The notes under the pieces: model-generated
The model's database searches: none
The model's input: only the letters and a program-made list of their open reading frames with translations
What the model was told of the DNA's origin: nothing
Program-made: the position numbers and the translations under genes
Part shown: piece after piece, positions 25,589 through 34,240 of the stretch
How the letters are laid out: each line of letters opens with the position of its first letter
Position numbering within the stretch: position 1 is the first letter of the stretch
Source of the DNA: a virus
Virus record (IMG/VR): IMGVR_UViG_3300045988_138808
Direction: 5' to 3' (one strand)
Length of the DNA stretch: 43,102 bases

Positions 25589-26572
25589 TTAGATGCCATC
25601 TACATATAATGTAGACAACGGCTGACGGATTACATAAGAACCATGCTTCTGTTCCGAATAGAACTCTGCGCCCAGCGGAACCGGAACTGGTGCCTGCAAG
25701 GTGTAGCCCATCGGGAACGGCAAAGCCTGATTGCGTTTGCTTCTGTCCTGCAAAATCATGCGCCCTTTGTCGCTGGAAGCGTTTGCGTTCTTCAGGTAAC
25801 GGATAGGAATGATTTCGAGTTCTTTTCCGCGCTGATTTGTGTAGATGTTGTATTTCTTCACATAATCCAAAGCAGATTGGAACACAGCGGCAGAAGCTCC
25901 CAAGGTGTACGGAGTGGTCGCCAAGAGGTTGAACTGCTCTAACGGCAAGAATACCGTGTTGGGCAGGAACACGCCTCTGGAGTTGGTCCATACAGCCGCC
26001 AAGCCGTCATTGATATCTTTTACCATTTCGGCAGCGGTTTTCTTGCTCCATTCCGTTCCGCCGGCGGCCGCAGTTGAAGCGGGTGATACAGTTACACCGG
26101 GGAAGTTCATAAAGCCTTTGAAGCCTACGGAATCATCACCGAAGAATACGGTGCGTTCAACCAAGTTATCGCAAGCAAAACGCATACATTCGCCCAAATC
26201 CTGAGCCAAGTTTCCGTTAAAGCCCATCTGATACTGGCGAGCGTCTTCGTTGTCGATTTTTGCTCCGACATTAGAAGCACACAACGGAACAGTGGACGAA
26301 CCGGCCGTCTGGCTTACCATCGGGATGTTGTTGTTTTCAGCCTGGCCTCTGAATGCGGCGGCACCCTGGCGGTCACGGCTGATGAATGCATACTGAGTTG
26401 CACCGGCGTTAATATCAGAAAGCACCTGATCTTCTTTTACGACTTTATACCAGTCATGCTCCGGATATTCGACATCATAAAACGCAGAATCAACAGCGGT
26501 ATAGATGCTGAATGCGATTTCCTGCATATTTACGTTTGCTTGTCCGCCGTATGTGAAAGAACCTTTAGACAT
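25589..26572 (-). CDS. Major capsid protein (DUF2184-like, from recollection)
   Basis: The 327-aa ORF has a GGGGAG RBS and follows the scaffold gene and a small structural gene. Confidence 0.75.
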   Translation of the reverse strand: MSKGSFTYGGQANVNMQEIAFSIYTAVDSAFYDVEYPEHDWYKVVKEDQVLSDINAGATQYAFISRDRQGAAAFRGQAENNNIPMVSQTAGSSTVPLCASNVGAKIDNEDARQYQMGFNGNLAQDLGECMRFACDNLVERTVFFGDDSVGFKGFMNFPGVTVSPASTAAAGGTEWSKKTAAEMVKDINDGLAAVWTNSRGVFLPNTVFLPLEQFNLLATTPYTLGASAAVFQSALDYVKKYNIYTNQRGKELEIIPIRYLKNANASSDKGRMILQDRSKRNQALPFPMGYTLQAPVPVPLGAEFYSEQKHGSYVIRQPLSTLYVDGI

Positions 26573-26585
26573 GTTTTATTCTCCC

Positions 26586-27143
26586 CTACGCTACGATTTC
26601 GATTAAAGCCAAATCATCCTTAGAACCTGAGTTGCGGATTTTCAGCTTGGTTAATTCAAAGTTTTTGCTTTCTTCGGTCGTTACAGTCAGATGACCTTTG
26701 CCACCGGCAGCGGCATCATCGGTATAAGCGATATAAACTTTTGAATCCGGAGTAAATTCGGCCGGCATTTTATACCAGAAACGACCGCCTACTCTGTCGT
26801 ATCTCAAGACAGTGGCCTGACGTTTTGCCGGAACATAGTTTTTGCCGGATGCATCGGTGCATCCTGCTTGTGTTCTGACAACAAAGCCATAGATTGCATC
26901 GGATTCGCTTGTCGGCAATTTAGCTTCCAAGTCATTAATGCCGGAAATTTTTGCGGATGCAATAGCACTGGCTACAACACCCAAGCCGACATCAATTCCG
27001 TTTGCTTCGCCAACAGAAATGGCATCGCAAAGGTTGATGTCGCTGGCTGCGTAAAGCCCACCGTGAACACCTGCCGCCGGCTGATCGAATACTGCGCCCT
27101 GAATAGGACCGAAAGCAGTACCCATATAAACACCTCTAGACAT
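26586..27143 (-). CDS. Head structural or decoration-like protein
   Basis: The 185-aa Gly/Ala-rich ORF lies between the scaffold and capsid genes. Confidence 0.4.
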   Translation of the reverse strand: MSRGVYMGTAFGPIQGAVFDQPAAGVHGGLYAASDINLCDAISVGEANGIDVGLGVVASAIASAKISGINDLEAKLPTSESDAIYGFVVRTQAGCTDASGKNYVPAKRQATVLRYDRVGGRFWYKMPAEFTPDSKVYIAYTDDAAAGGKGHLTVTTEESKNFELTKLKIRNSGSKDDLALIEIVA

Positions 27144-27161
27144 GTTTGTTTCTCCTACTTG

Positions 27162-28352
27162 TTATTTGTGTTTCCAAGAAAACATACGGTCTTTGGCAGA
27201 CACGCCGCTGTTTCCGGTTTTTGAGTTTACAACCTTAGTGCCGTTGACGGTGCCGTGGTTGTTGCTCAAAGCTTTTTTATTCTGCACTTTCCGCTTTGCT
27301 TCTGCCGCAATAGTCATGAAAGATGCAATTTTAGAATTGTCATCCCATTCTTTGATGTCTAAGCCGCGCTTGTTCATAACATGGGCAGCCAAGAACATGG
27401 CACGCTCAGAGCGCTTCAGAGCTTTCAAAGAGTTTTTGACTTCTTCTTTGTCCTTTTCCTCGACTTCTTCCTCAACGACAGCTTCCTCAGCCTCTTTCTG
27501 AGCGATTAAGTCTTCGGCAATTTCTTCCTGTGCTTCTTCAGACAAAGCATTTTCAAGTTTTTCTTTGTATTCCTCAATAGATGATTTCTTTTCATCCAAA
27601 TCAGCATTCAAAGCGGCAACCTGCTCTTTCAAAGAAGTTACTTCTTCAACGGCCTTGTCAATATCGGCTTGCTTAGCTTCACCGGCGGCATTAGCCATCT
27701 CTTGAGCCTTATCGGCATCTTCTTTGGAAGAAAATTCCATTTCTTTGTCTTTATTGCCAATTTTCATACGAATTGTATAAGACATTTTGTTTTCTCCTGT
27801 TTTTTTGTTGATAACTTTAACATCGGCTCCGCATCTGCCCTCGCCTTTACGGCAAAGCAAGATATGGTTAAACACAATGTTTTTCTGAACATAAGAATAT
27901 GGCTGGCCGTTTAGCTCGCCCTCTTCTTTTTCAAAATCTGCTCGATATCCGGCAGAAATTTCCACCAAGATATGATTTTTCACATCTTCAATGGTTTGTG
28001 CGTCCAAAATTGTGAGGTCGCACAAAATGCCTTTGTCTTCAACTGTCATTTCTCCGGCAACAGAGCCTTTGGTATAGCCGTCTGTCAAGGCATTTTCAAC
28101 AGTTCGCCATTCATGTTCATCAATGACTACGGGCTTACCCTCGCCGGTTTTTAACGCTTCGGGGGTGAATTCGCTTGCCGGAATAAGAACATCTATTTTG
28201 TCGCCCGGAATATTCAGGCCTGTCAGCTCACTGGCATAATAGGGGAATACTCCCTCTTTTAACACCCTAGCTCTAACGGTCATAATGCCGTCGTCATCAA
28301 TCTGCCATTTATTGCCAATAGGTATTCTTACTTTGTTTGAAACTTTAACCAA
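27162..28352 (-). CDS. Scaffold or prohead-protease-like protein (DUF2213-like, from recollection)
   Basis: It uses a TTG start with an AAGGA RBS. The N-terminal domain is globular. The central and C-terminal part is a Glu/Lys-rich coiled coil (EEAQEEIAEDLIAQKEAEEAVVEEEVEEKDKEE). Confidence 0.6.
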   Translation of the reverse strand: MVKVSNKVRIPIGNKWQIDDDGIMTVRARVLKEGVFPYYASELTGLNIPGDKIDVLIPASEFTPEALKTGEGKPVVIDEHEWRTVENALTDGYTKGSVAGEMTVEDKGILCDLTILDAQTIEDVKNHILVEISAGYRADFEKEEGELNGQPYSYVQKNIVFNHILLCRKGEGRCGADVKVINKKTGENKMSYTIRMKIGNKDKEMEFSSKEDADKAQEMANAAGEAKQADIDKAVEEVTSLKEQVAALNADLDEKKSSIEEYKEKLENALSEEAQEEIAEDLIAQKEAEEAVVEEEVEEKDKEEVKNSLKALKRSERAMFLAAHVMNKRGLDIKEWDDNSKIASFMTIAAEAKRKVQNKKALSNNHGTVNGTKVVNSKTGNSGVSAKDRMFSWKHK

Positions 28353-28382
28353 TTTTTTAATCCTTTTTTTGTTTCTGCAGAT

Positions 28383-28412
28383 AGATTAACACCCCAAGCC
28401 GACAGTTGTCAA
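28383..28412 (-). promoter_or_regulatory. Candidate promoter for the head genes, TTGACA-18-TAATCT with an upstream TG
   Basis: The minus strand reads TTTGTTGACAACTGTCGGCTTGGGGTGTTAATCT. An ACACCC/GGGTGT-type inverted repeat flanks the -35 element. Confidence 0.3.
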
Positions 28413-28453
28413 CAAAGGGTGTTTTTGTGGGTTTGTGGCGGGGTTTTTACCAT

Positions 28454-28660
28454 TCAGGCGCGCGGTTTAACCTTTCCGCATTTAAGACAAACGGTTGAAC
28501 CATCTTCATAAAAATGACACCTATCTCTAATACAAGATTTACGCCAACAAGAAAGCTTATCAGGATTTTTACACTTGATAAGAGTATACCATTCGTGCCA
28601 ATCATGATTGAGTAAATCTCCAAGCCAACAAAGCAAGCGTCTAATCATCTTGCACCTCAA
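28454..28660 (-). CDS. Small Cys/His/Trp-rich protein, probably a zinc ribbon
   Basis: The sequence reads CWLGDLLNHDWHEWYTLIKCKNPDKLSCWRKSCIRDRCHFYEDGSTVCLKCGK. Confidence 0.5.
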   Translation of the reverse strand: MRCKMIRRLLCWLGDLLNHDWHEWYTLIKCKNPDKLSCWRKSCIRDRCHFYEDGSTVCLKCGKVKPRA

Positions 28661-28868
28661 ACAAACGGCTAAATTTTTTTGCTAATTTCCTATACATAGA
28701 GCGGCCTAAGTCTTCTTTAACCTCATCGGTATTAGTGCTAAAATTATTAAAAGACCATAGGTAAATAAGAGCCTCCAATCTTGAGAAATTATATTCTTTT
28801 ATAAAATACTCAATTTGGTCCTCTCGGAAATTCTTGGATAGAGTTTCTTCATCAATTACATATTTCAT
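28641..28868 (-). CDS. Hypothetical protein
   Basis: The ORF is 75 aa and overlaps the downstream gene. Confidence 0.4.
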   Translation of the reverse strand: MKYVIDEETLSKNFREDQIEYFIKEYNFSRLEALIYLWSFNNFSTNTDEVKEDLGRSMYRKLAKKFSRLFEVQDD

Positions 28869-28957
28869 TTTATAAATTCCTTTGCGTTAATGAGGCGAAT
28901 CGGCGTTGAGGCTAAAGTTATTACTGATTTAAATATTCCCATTCTAAATACCTTTCT

Positions 28958-29338
28958 TTACAAATTACTATCTACAAACCTATTGTTTGGACATGTTAAA
29001 AATGGATGTCCACCCTTTCCAAATAGCCGACATATTTCAGGACGCATTTCATAAATTGTACATCGGCTTTTTCCATTTCTGTCATATTCAAGAAAAGGGC
29101 AAACAATGCTATCAATTTGATTATCAATATCTCTATTTTGAGTTTTTATGCTTTCAACTGCATTTAAAAATTCCCTATAAGCGCTTTTAGGAAAGTAAAC
29201 AGTTTTTCCCGCCATTTCATACTTAGTAAATCCGATATGACGTTGCTGCGCTATTTTTCGGACGGCATTATATTCTTTTTTGGTAAATGGAACAATACCA
29301 CAGCATTTTCCGCATCTTTGGCAAACAAATTTTGTCAT
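28958..29338 (-). CDS. YkgJ-family cysteine-cluster (putative Zn/Fe-binding) protein
   Basis: It has an N-terminal CQRCGKCC motif and C-terminal CPFL...CTIYEMRPEICRLF, the CxxCxxCC pattern of UPF0153/YkgJ. Confidence 0.65.
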   Translation of the reverse strand: MTKFVCQRCGKCCGIVPFTKKEYNAVRKIAQQRHIGFTKYEMAGKTVYFPKSAYREFLNAVESIKTQNRDIDNQIDSIVCPFLEYDRNGKSRCTIYEMRPEICRLFGKGGHPFLTCPNNRFVDSNL

Positions 29339-29661
29339 TTTTCCTCACTTTCGCCGTTTAAGGCTTTCTCAGCCACATCTGCACAGCAATAAATCATTCT
29401 ACACGGCTTACCATTGCGAACACTTTTTATCATTGTTTTCTGCGTAGCATAAAAACTTAAAGCCTCCCTAAGCCTGTTAATCTCGGCTTGTTGTTCTTGT
29501 ATTTTTAACTTTCTATTGAAAGAAAGCTGAAACATCTCATTAGCTCTTTTAGTTTCCTTTATGATGATTTCATTTTTACCTTTTAACTGATTTTCAAGGC
29601 TTTTTATGATTTCCTTTTGCTCATCGCATAAGACTTCACATATCACACCTTTCATTCCCAT
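29335..29661 (-). CDS. Hypothetical coiled-coil protein
   Basis: The ORF is 108 aa and heptad-rich. It is translationally coupled to its neighbours. Confidence 0.4.
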   Translation of the reverse strand: MGMKGVICEVLCDEQKEIIKSLENQLKGKNEIIIKETKRANEMFQLSFNRKLKIQEQQAEINRLREALSFYATQKTMIKSVRNGKPCRMIYCCADVAEKALNGESEEK

Positions 29662-29834
29662 TCTGCAATCTCCAAAAGTTTACTTTCATTTTCGGTTTTG
29701 AAAAATAAATCAACAGCTTGTTTTGCAAATTCAATTTTTTCTTTCAACTTGTTATTCTCAATCTGCAACTCATAAGCCGTCTTATCGTGGCGGGGCGGAA
29801 AGACTAAATCATTTTCATAATCTGGTGCAGGCAT
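29652..29834 (-). CDS. Hypothetical protein
   Basis: The ORF is 60 aa and overlaps the downstream gene. Confidence 0.35.
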   Translation of the reverse strand: MPAPDYENDLVFPPRHDKTAYELQIENNKLKEKIEFAKQAVDLFFKTENESKLLEIAEWE

Positions 29835-29867
29835 AATTTTCTCCTTGTTGTAAAAATAGTTAAATGG

Positions 29868-30254
29868 TTAAAAAGCGAGGACACACCTGACGTATCCGGT
29901 GTAGTAGTGCTTAGTGTGCCAGCCCACAAGGCCGTTATTGGCGGTCACTTCCCACGCGCCGTAGTTCGTGTACTCGGACGAAGACCAGTACCAACCTCTT
30001 TCCCAGGCTTTACCCTCGTGTTCTTCCAAAGCAGCATTTAATTTTTCTTGCTGCGCAAACATAAGCATCAGTTCGCGCTGCGAAGGGAGACGTTTTCCTT
30101 CTTTTTGAGCATATTCTTTCGCCTCGTCCCAAGTCATCGTTTTGGAGGCATCGTGCAAATCGACGATAACCGGGCCGTTGTCAGCTTCCCCGATATAGAT
30201 TCCCCGATGGTCGTCTTTTTCGACCAGTTCAAACATTTGATAATTTTGTACCAT
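29868..30254 (-). CDS. DUF1566 (Lcl C-terminal domain)-like protein, paralog 1
   Basis: I prefer the ATG at 30252..30254, which follows an AGGAG RBS. The C-terminus reads GWYWSSSEYTNYGAWEVTANNGLVGWHTKHYYTGYVRCVLAF. Confidence 0.65.
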   Translation of the reverse strand: MVQNYQMFELVEKDDHRGIYIGEADNGPVIVDLHDASKTMTWDEAKEYAQKEGKRLPSQRELMLMFAQQEKLNAALEEHEGKAWERGWYWSSSEYTNYGAWEVTANNGLVGWHTKHYYTGYVRCVLAF

Positions 30255-30295
30255 TTTTTTACTCCTTATTATAAAAATAGCGAAATAGACAATGA

Positions 30296-30652
30296 TTAAA
30301 TGAGGACACACCTGACGTAATTGAGGCCGTAGCCCTTACCGTACCAGTCCACATGGCCGTTACTGGCGTCCACGCCCCACGCGGTGCCGCTCGTGTACTC
30401 GGACGAAGACCAGTACCACCCCTCTAATGGAGTTCCGCCCGCGCGAATTAATGCCGCGTCAACCGCTTCTTTGTTTTCCAGTATTGCCAGCCATTCGGCG
30501 AGCGAGGGAATACCCTTTTTAACAGCTTCGTTCCAGTTTGACGGATTTTCGTCGGTTAAGGCAATGGAGATAATTTTTCTGTTCAAGGCTGCTGCCCGGA
30601 CACCGACCGGCTTGCCGCTCTTTTTAACAACCATTACTCGAAATTTTGACAT
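30296..30652 (-). CDS. DUF1566-like protein, paralog 2
   Basis: I prefer the ATG at 30650..30652, which follows a GAGGAAAG RBS. The C-terminus reads GWYWSSSEYTSGTAWGVDASNGHVDWYGKGYGLNYVRCVLI. Confidence 0.65.
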   Translation of the reverse strand: MSKFRVMVVKKSGKPVGVRAAALNRKIISIALTDENPSNWNEAVKKGIPSLAEWLAILENKEAVDAALIRAGGTPLEGWYWSSSEYTSGTAWGVDASNGHVDWYGKGYGLNYVRCVLI

Positions 30653-30683
30653 TGTTCTTTCCTCTAAATAAATAGCCAAATAG

Positions 30684-31169
30684 TTAAGCGAGGACACACC
30701 TGACGTAACCGTTGGTGTACTTAGTGCTGTAGTACACATTGCCGTTATTGGCGTGTACTTCCCACGCGTTGCCGCTGCTATACTCGGACGAAGACCAGTA
30801 CCAATCATCTTCGCTTAATTTTTTTCCGCCGTGTTTTTCTAATGCAGCATTGATTTTGTCTTTATTTTCCAGAATGATTAACCATTCAATCCGATTCGGA
30901 ACACGCCATCCCTCTGGAGTAGATTTCATCGCTGTATCCCAATTTTTCTTCTTTCGCCAGTCATTCAATGCCAAAATCAGCGGTTTTGGATTCTCACCGT
31001 TTTCGTCATACAGCACGCCGGCATAAATGCCCTTGCCCTCCACAAAATCGCCAATTTTTAAATGTTTTACATTTTCAAGTTTCCCAGTATAATAAACTGT
31101 TTGTTTTTTGATTTTTTGACCTCTTTTTACAGCGTCTGCAAAATCTTTATCTGTTGTTAATATCATCAT
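30684..31169 (-). CDS. DUF1566-like protein, paralog 3
   Basis: It has an AGGAG RBS. It contains EGWRVPNRIEWLIILENKDKINAALEKHGG and ends ...DWYWSSSEYSSGNAWEVHANNGNVYYSTKYTNGYVRCVLA. Confidence 0.65.
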   Translation of the reverse strand: MMILTTDKDFADAVKRGQKIKKQTVYYTGKLENVKHLKIGDFVEGKGIYAGVLYDENGENPKPLILALNDWRKKKNWDTAMKSTPEGWRVPNRIEWLIILENKDKINAALEKHGGKKLSEDDWYWSSSEYSSGNAWEVHANNGNVYYSTKYTNGYVRCVLA

Positions 31170-31318
31170 TTACTCCTGTTTACATTTATACGAAACTGTT
31201 TCCAGTTGTTTTTCTTTGTGAACTTTTCTTTAATTTCTTCTTCGCTTTTGGCTTTTATAACTTTTCGGCGAAGATTTTCAATATTTTTAGCTAGTTGTTC
31301 GATTGTGTCCTTTTTCAT
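31166..31318 (-). CDS. Small hypothetical protein
   Basis: I prefer the internal ATG at 31316..31318 (MKKDTIEQLAKNIENLRRKV...). It overlaps the stop of an upstream 49-codon ORF (ATGA). Confidence 0.4.
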   Translation of the reverse strand: MKKDTIEQLAKNIENLRRKVIKAKSEEEIKEKFTKKNNWKQFRINVNRSK

Positions 31319-31464
31319 AGCACCACTCTTGTAATCTGGCAAATTAAATAAAGTAGAACAACACCGCTGCACCAGAAAGTTATTTTATCGGCTTTTGTGT
31401 ATTTATGTTCTGATTTTCCGTGTGCATCAAATTGTTGGATTGTTTGCCATTGATGTTCTGTCAT
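31315..31464 (-). CDS. Unlisted 49-aa ORF with a hydrophobic C-terminus
   Basis: My translation is MTEHQWQTIQQFDAHGKSEHKYTKADKITFWCSGVVLLYLICQITRVVL. GGAGAA lies 5 nt upstream. The ORF is ATGA-coupled to the next gene and falls below the ORF-track size cutoff. Confidence 0.35.
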   Translation of the reverse strand: MTEHQWQTIQQFDAHGKSEHKYTKADKITFWCSGVVLLYLICQITRVVL

Positions 31465-31465
31465 C

Positions 31466-31798
31466 TTAATTCTCCAAGGTTGAAAGATAGTTGATACATT
31501 CGTTTGTCAGGGTGGTGCAGTCGTTTTCGTCCTGATTATCCCAGTCATCATCGGCAAGGGTCAAATATTCTCCGGCTCCGTCCGCTTCTAAATATTTTTT
31601 CATCTTTTTTATTTGTTCCTGCCATTCCTCATTTTCATCCCATTGTCCCTCGCCGCTTGTTCCAATAAGTTGCGTCTCTACGCCGTAGGGATTTTTTTCA
31701 AAATGGTAGCTGTTCAGTTCCTCAATGTTGATTTCGATTTCATCAACTTTCTTGAGAAGCTCTTTTTTTAATGCTTCATTTAATTTTTTGTATGCCAT
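31466..31798 (-). CDS. Acidic hypothetical protein
   Basis: The protein is 110 aa, and by my count 27 residues are Asp or Glu. The C-terminal half reads EADGAGEYLTLADDDWDNQDENDC. Confidence 0.5.
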   Translation of the reverse strand: MAYKKLNEALKKELLKKVDEIEINIEELNSYHFEKNPYGVETQLIGTSGEGQWDENEEWQEQIKKMKKYLEADGAGEYLTLADDDWDNQDENDCTTLTNECINYLSTLEN

Positions 31799-31908
31799 GT
31801 TTCATCTCCTTTACGTTCTTTACGTTATAACAAATAATTGTAATATGCAAGCACTTTTTTATAATTTATGCAAAAAAATGCACTCTTTTTACGGAGTGCT
31901 TGATTTTC

Positions 31909-32805
31909 TTAGGCTACAACAAGATTTTTCTTGACGGCTTCCCAATATAAAACCGGTTCGGCAAAGCATCGGCATTGAATATCTGTCCCCGGCTCGCCCT
32001 TTGGCATTGTCGCCGTCCTTTTCCGCCATGTCTTGCCGTCGGTAGAAAATACTGTCGGGTCGCTGTATTTGCAGTATAAACCCTGCATAATGTAGTGGTT
32101 GCCGTGCGCGTCATTGCCTTTAGGGTATAATCCGCCCGGCTTTCCGACAACCCGGCTATCTCTCATTGTCTGCCAGATGTAAATATCAACGCCGAGTTTC
32201 TGTTGCCTGATTTTATTTAAGGAAGCGTTAATTTTTGCGGTTTGGTCGCGCGCGATAACTTTAGCTTGCCGGTATGTGGTTTTGAACTCTTGGCTTATTT
32301 GTTGCTGGAGCGTGCGGTTTTCCGGCATAGGTATCCCTTGGTAGTTTTCATAAATACGCAGAGAAACCCTTTTTAATGCTTCTTCCGGTATGGTTACAAT
32401 CAGGTTTACCATGTTGAGGCGCATGGCTTCAAGCGTGTCGGCGATGTCTTTGTCTTCCAATATAGTGACAATATCTACGCCAAAGGCTTTACGAAGCATA
32501 GCCATTGTTTTTTCATAGTTGTTTTCATCAATGGCTTTTACCCACTCTTTGCTGATTTTATCGGCTATTGGCTCAATAATGGCTCGCCATCTGCGTTTGA
32601 AGTCGTTTAAGAGCGCGGCGGTCTGCTCCGGCGTGTTCGTCTTCGCATTATCCGAAATGGCGCGGAGTTCGGCGTTTACCTCACGCACAATCTTGTTAAT
32701 GCTTATCCGAGCGTCATCTTCCAAAGTCTTCGGGGTTTTTATCGGATTAGCCTTTTGGCTCTTTTTAACCTTGTCCGGTTTCTTGTTTAACACCGCTATC
32801 GACAT
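31909..32805 (-). CDS. Head morphogenesis protein (SPP1 gp7 / Mu F family)
   Basis: RDSRVVGKPGGLYPKGNDAHGNHYIMQG...KGEPGTDIQCRCFAEPV fits the conserved C-terminal core. The gene follows the portal gene. Confidence 0.78.
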   Translation of the reverse strand: MSIAVLNKKPDKVKKSQKANPIKTPKTLEDDARISINKIVREVNAELRAISDNAKTNTPEQTAALLNDFKRRWRAIIEPIADKISKEWVKAIDENNYEKTMAMLRKAFGVDIVTILEDKDIADTLEAMRLNMVNLIVTIPEEALKRVSLRIYENYQGIPMPENRTLQQQISQEFKTTYRQAKVIARDQTAKINASLNKIRQQKLGVDIYIWQTMRDSRVVGKPGGLYPKGNDAHGNHYIMQGLYCKYSDPTVFSTDGKTWRKRTATMPKGEPGTDIQCRCFAEPVLYWEAVKKNLVVA

Positions 32806-34228
32806 TCGGCTTAGCTCCTATGGTATCAATTACTCGGTCGGTTTCATCTCTCAGGCTTGGAATATCGGAGCCGTCAATCATTTCTTCTCGGTCTTCGTCA
32901 TATTCATCAATATCAAGCTCAATATCAAGAATTTTCTTGCTGTTGATTTCTTCGGCATATTGCTTATCGCTGATGATGCCGTCTTCTTTGAACTGACGGA
33001 GTATGTCGGCTCTGGTCTTGTCAACGGTTGCTTGGTCCATTTTGTTAATGTTCCAAAGCGGCTCAAAATCAAGCTCTAAGTTTTGAGATTTTTCCGTCCA
33101 AACATCAAAGCCCCAAATGCAAGATCCAATGATGTCAAGCATCTTGCGATATTTTGGCTCAAGGCGTGTTGTTTGATAGCTGTCGATGTTGTTGTAGTAG
33201 TTTTCAAGGTCGCTTTCTCCGGTCGCACTCAAACCATCGGGAGATTTCCCCAAAAAACGAGTTGCCGGAATATCAGAGCCGGCCGCAAGGATTTGCAGGT
33301 AAGTGTTCAAAAGCTCCGGCACACTTCCAAATGTTGCGGAGTGCTGGGCTATCTCTGTTCCTTTGCCGTCAATGACCGCTCCACGGTATATGCTCAGTTG
33401 CTCGGCAATTTTATCGAGCATGTTTAATGCGGCATTGCCTTGCTTGGTGCTTTGCAAATCAATAAAACGCTCACATTTTACCAACAACACGCTGGCAAGG
33501 TTTACGAGGTGATATGCGCCCTCTTGCGTTCCGGTTGCACGAACAAGGCTGTCATATACTCTGGACAACACGCTCTCGCCAAAGCCTGCCGGATTGTAGC
33601 GGAAGTTTTGCATAAGGTTCATGGATGTGTGATTAAATAATGGGTCGCCATCAAAGACAATTAATCGGCTGACGTGGGTCTTTATGCCGTTTATCATGTA
33701 ATATTTCGGCTTGTCATATTGCGGACTGAATACGTCTGTTTCATATTCGCATTTTGTGATTTTTTCTGTACTAATGACATTTAAGAAAGAAATATCGCTT
33801 TTTTTAAGAGTTTTAAGATTCAAAACTTCTTCGGGGCTGTCGTTTTCATCTTTAACGCCAATAACAATGACGCAACCACCAAGCAATCTCTCTATGGTGG
33901 CCGCACGCTTAAAGTTGTTGTTTACATCGAGATATTTCATATATCTTTCGATGGCTTCAATGTCCGGTTGTTCTAGTCCGGTAATCTTTACCGGAATACG
34001 GAATGCATCCTGAACCGGAATATCCACAATTTTTCCGGCCTCCCAACTGGTATTGTACCAACGCACCCACTCTTGCCACCGGCTGTAAAAGTCGTTTCGA
34101 TAATATGGGTTGCGCGTGTATATGGCGGCCGTTTGCAGGCTTCCGCGGTCTTGTTTTGTGTTTGCACCGGCTCCGGTCAAAATGGTATTAACAACTTTTT
34201 GCGATTTTCTTTTGTTTCTTCGTGTCAT
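32765..34228 (-). CDS. Portal protein (DUF1073-like, from recollection)
   Basis: The 487-aa ORF lies immediately after TerL. The N-terminal region reads WQEWVRWYNTSWEAGKIVDIPVQDAFR and the C-terminus is acidic. Confidence 0.8.
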   Translation of the reverse strand: MTRRNKRKSQKVVNTILTGAGANTKQDRGSLQTAAIYTRNPYYRNDFYSRWQEWVRWYNTSWEAGKIVDIPVQDAFRIPVKITGLEQPDIEAIERYMKYLDVNNNFKRAATIERLLGGCVIVIGVKDENDSPEEVLNLKTLKKSDISFLNVISTEKITKCEYETDVFSPQYDKPKYYMINGIKTHVSRLIVFDGDPLFNHTSMNLMQNFRYNPAGFGESVLSRVYDSLVRATGTQEGAYHLVNLASVLLVKCERFIDLQSTKQGNAALNMLDKIAEQLSIYRGAVIDGKGTEIAQHSATFGSVPELLNTYLQILAAGSDIPATRFLGKSPDGLSATGESDLENYYNNIDSYQTTRLEPKYRKMLDIIGSCIWGFDVWTEKSQNLELDFEPLWNINKMDQATVDKTRADILRQFKEDGIISDKQYAEEINSKKILDIELDIDEYDEDREEMIDGSDIPSLRDETDRVIDTIGAKPNVDSGVKQETGQG

Positions 34229-34240
34229 TTTGTTTTTCCT

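Noticed and set aside
25581-25991. A 136-aa minus-strand ORF overlapping the major capsid gene in another frame.
   Set aside because: It lies entirely within the strongly supported capsid CDS. Its composition is Arg/His/Gly-rich and looks like a shadow frame. It has no RBS.
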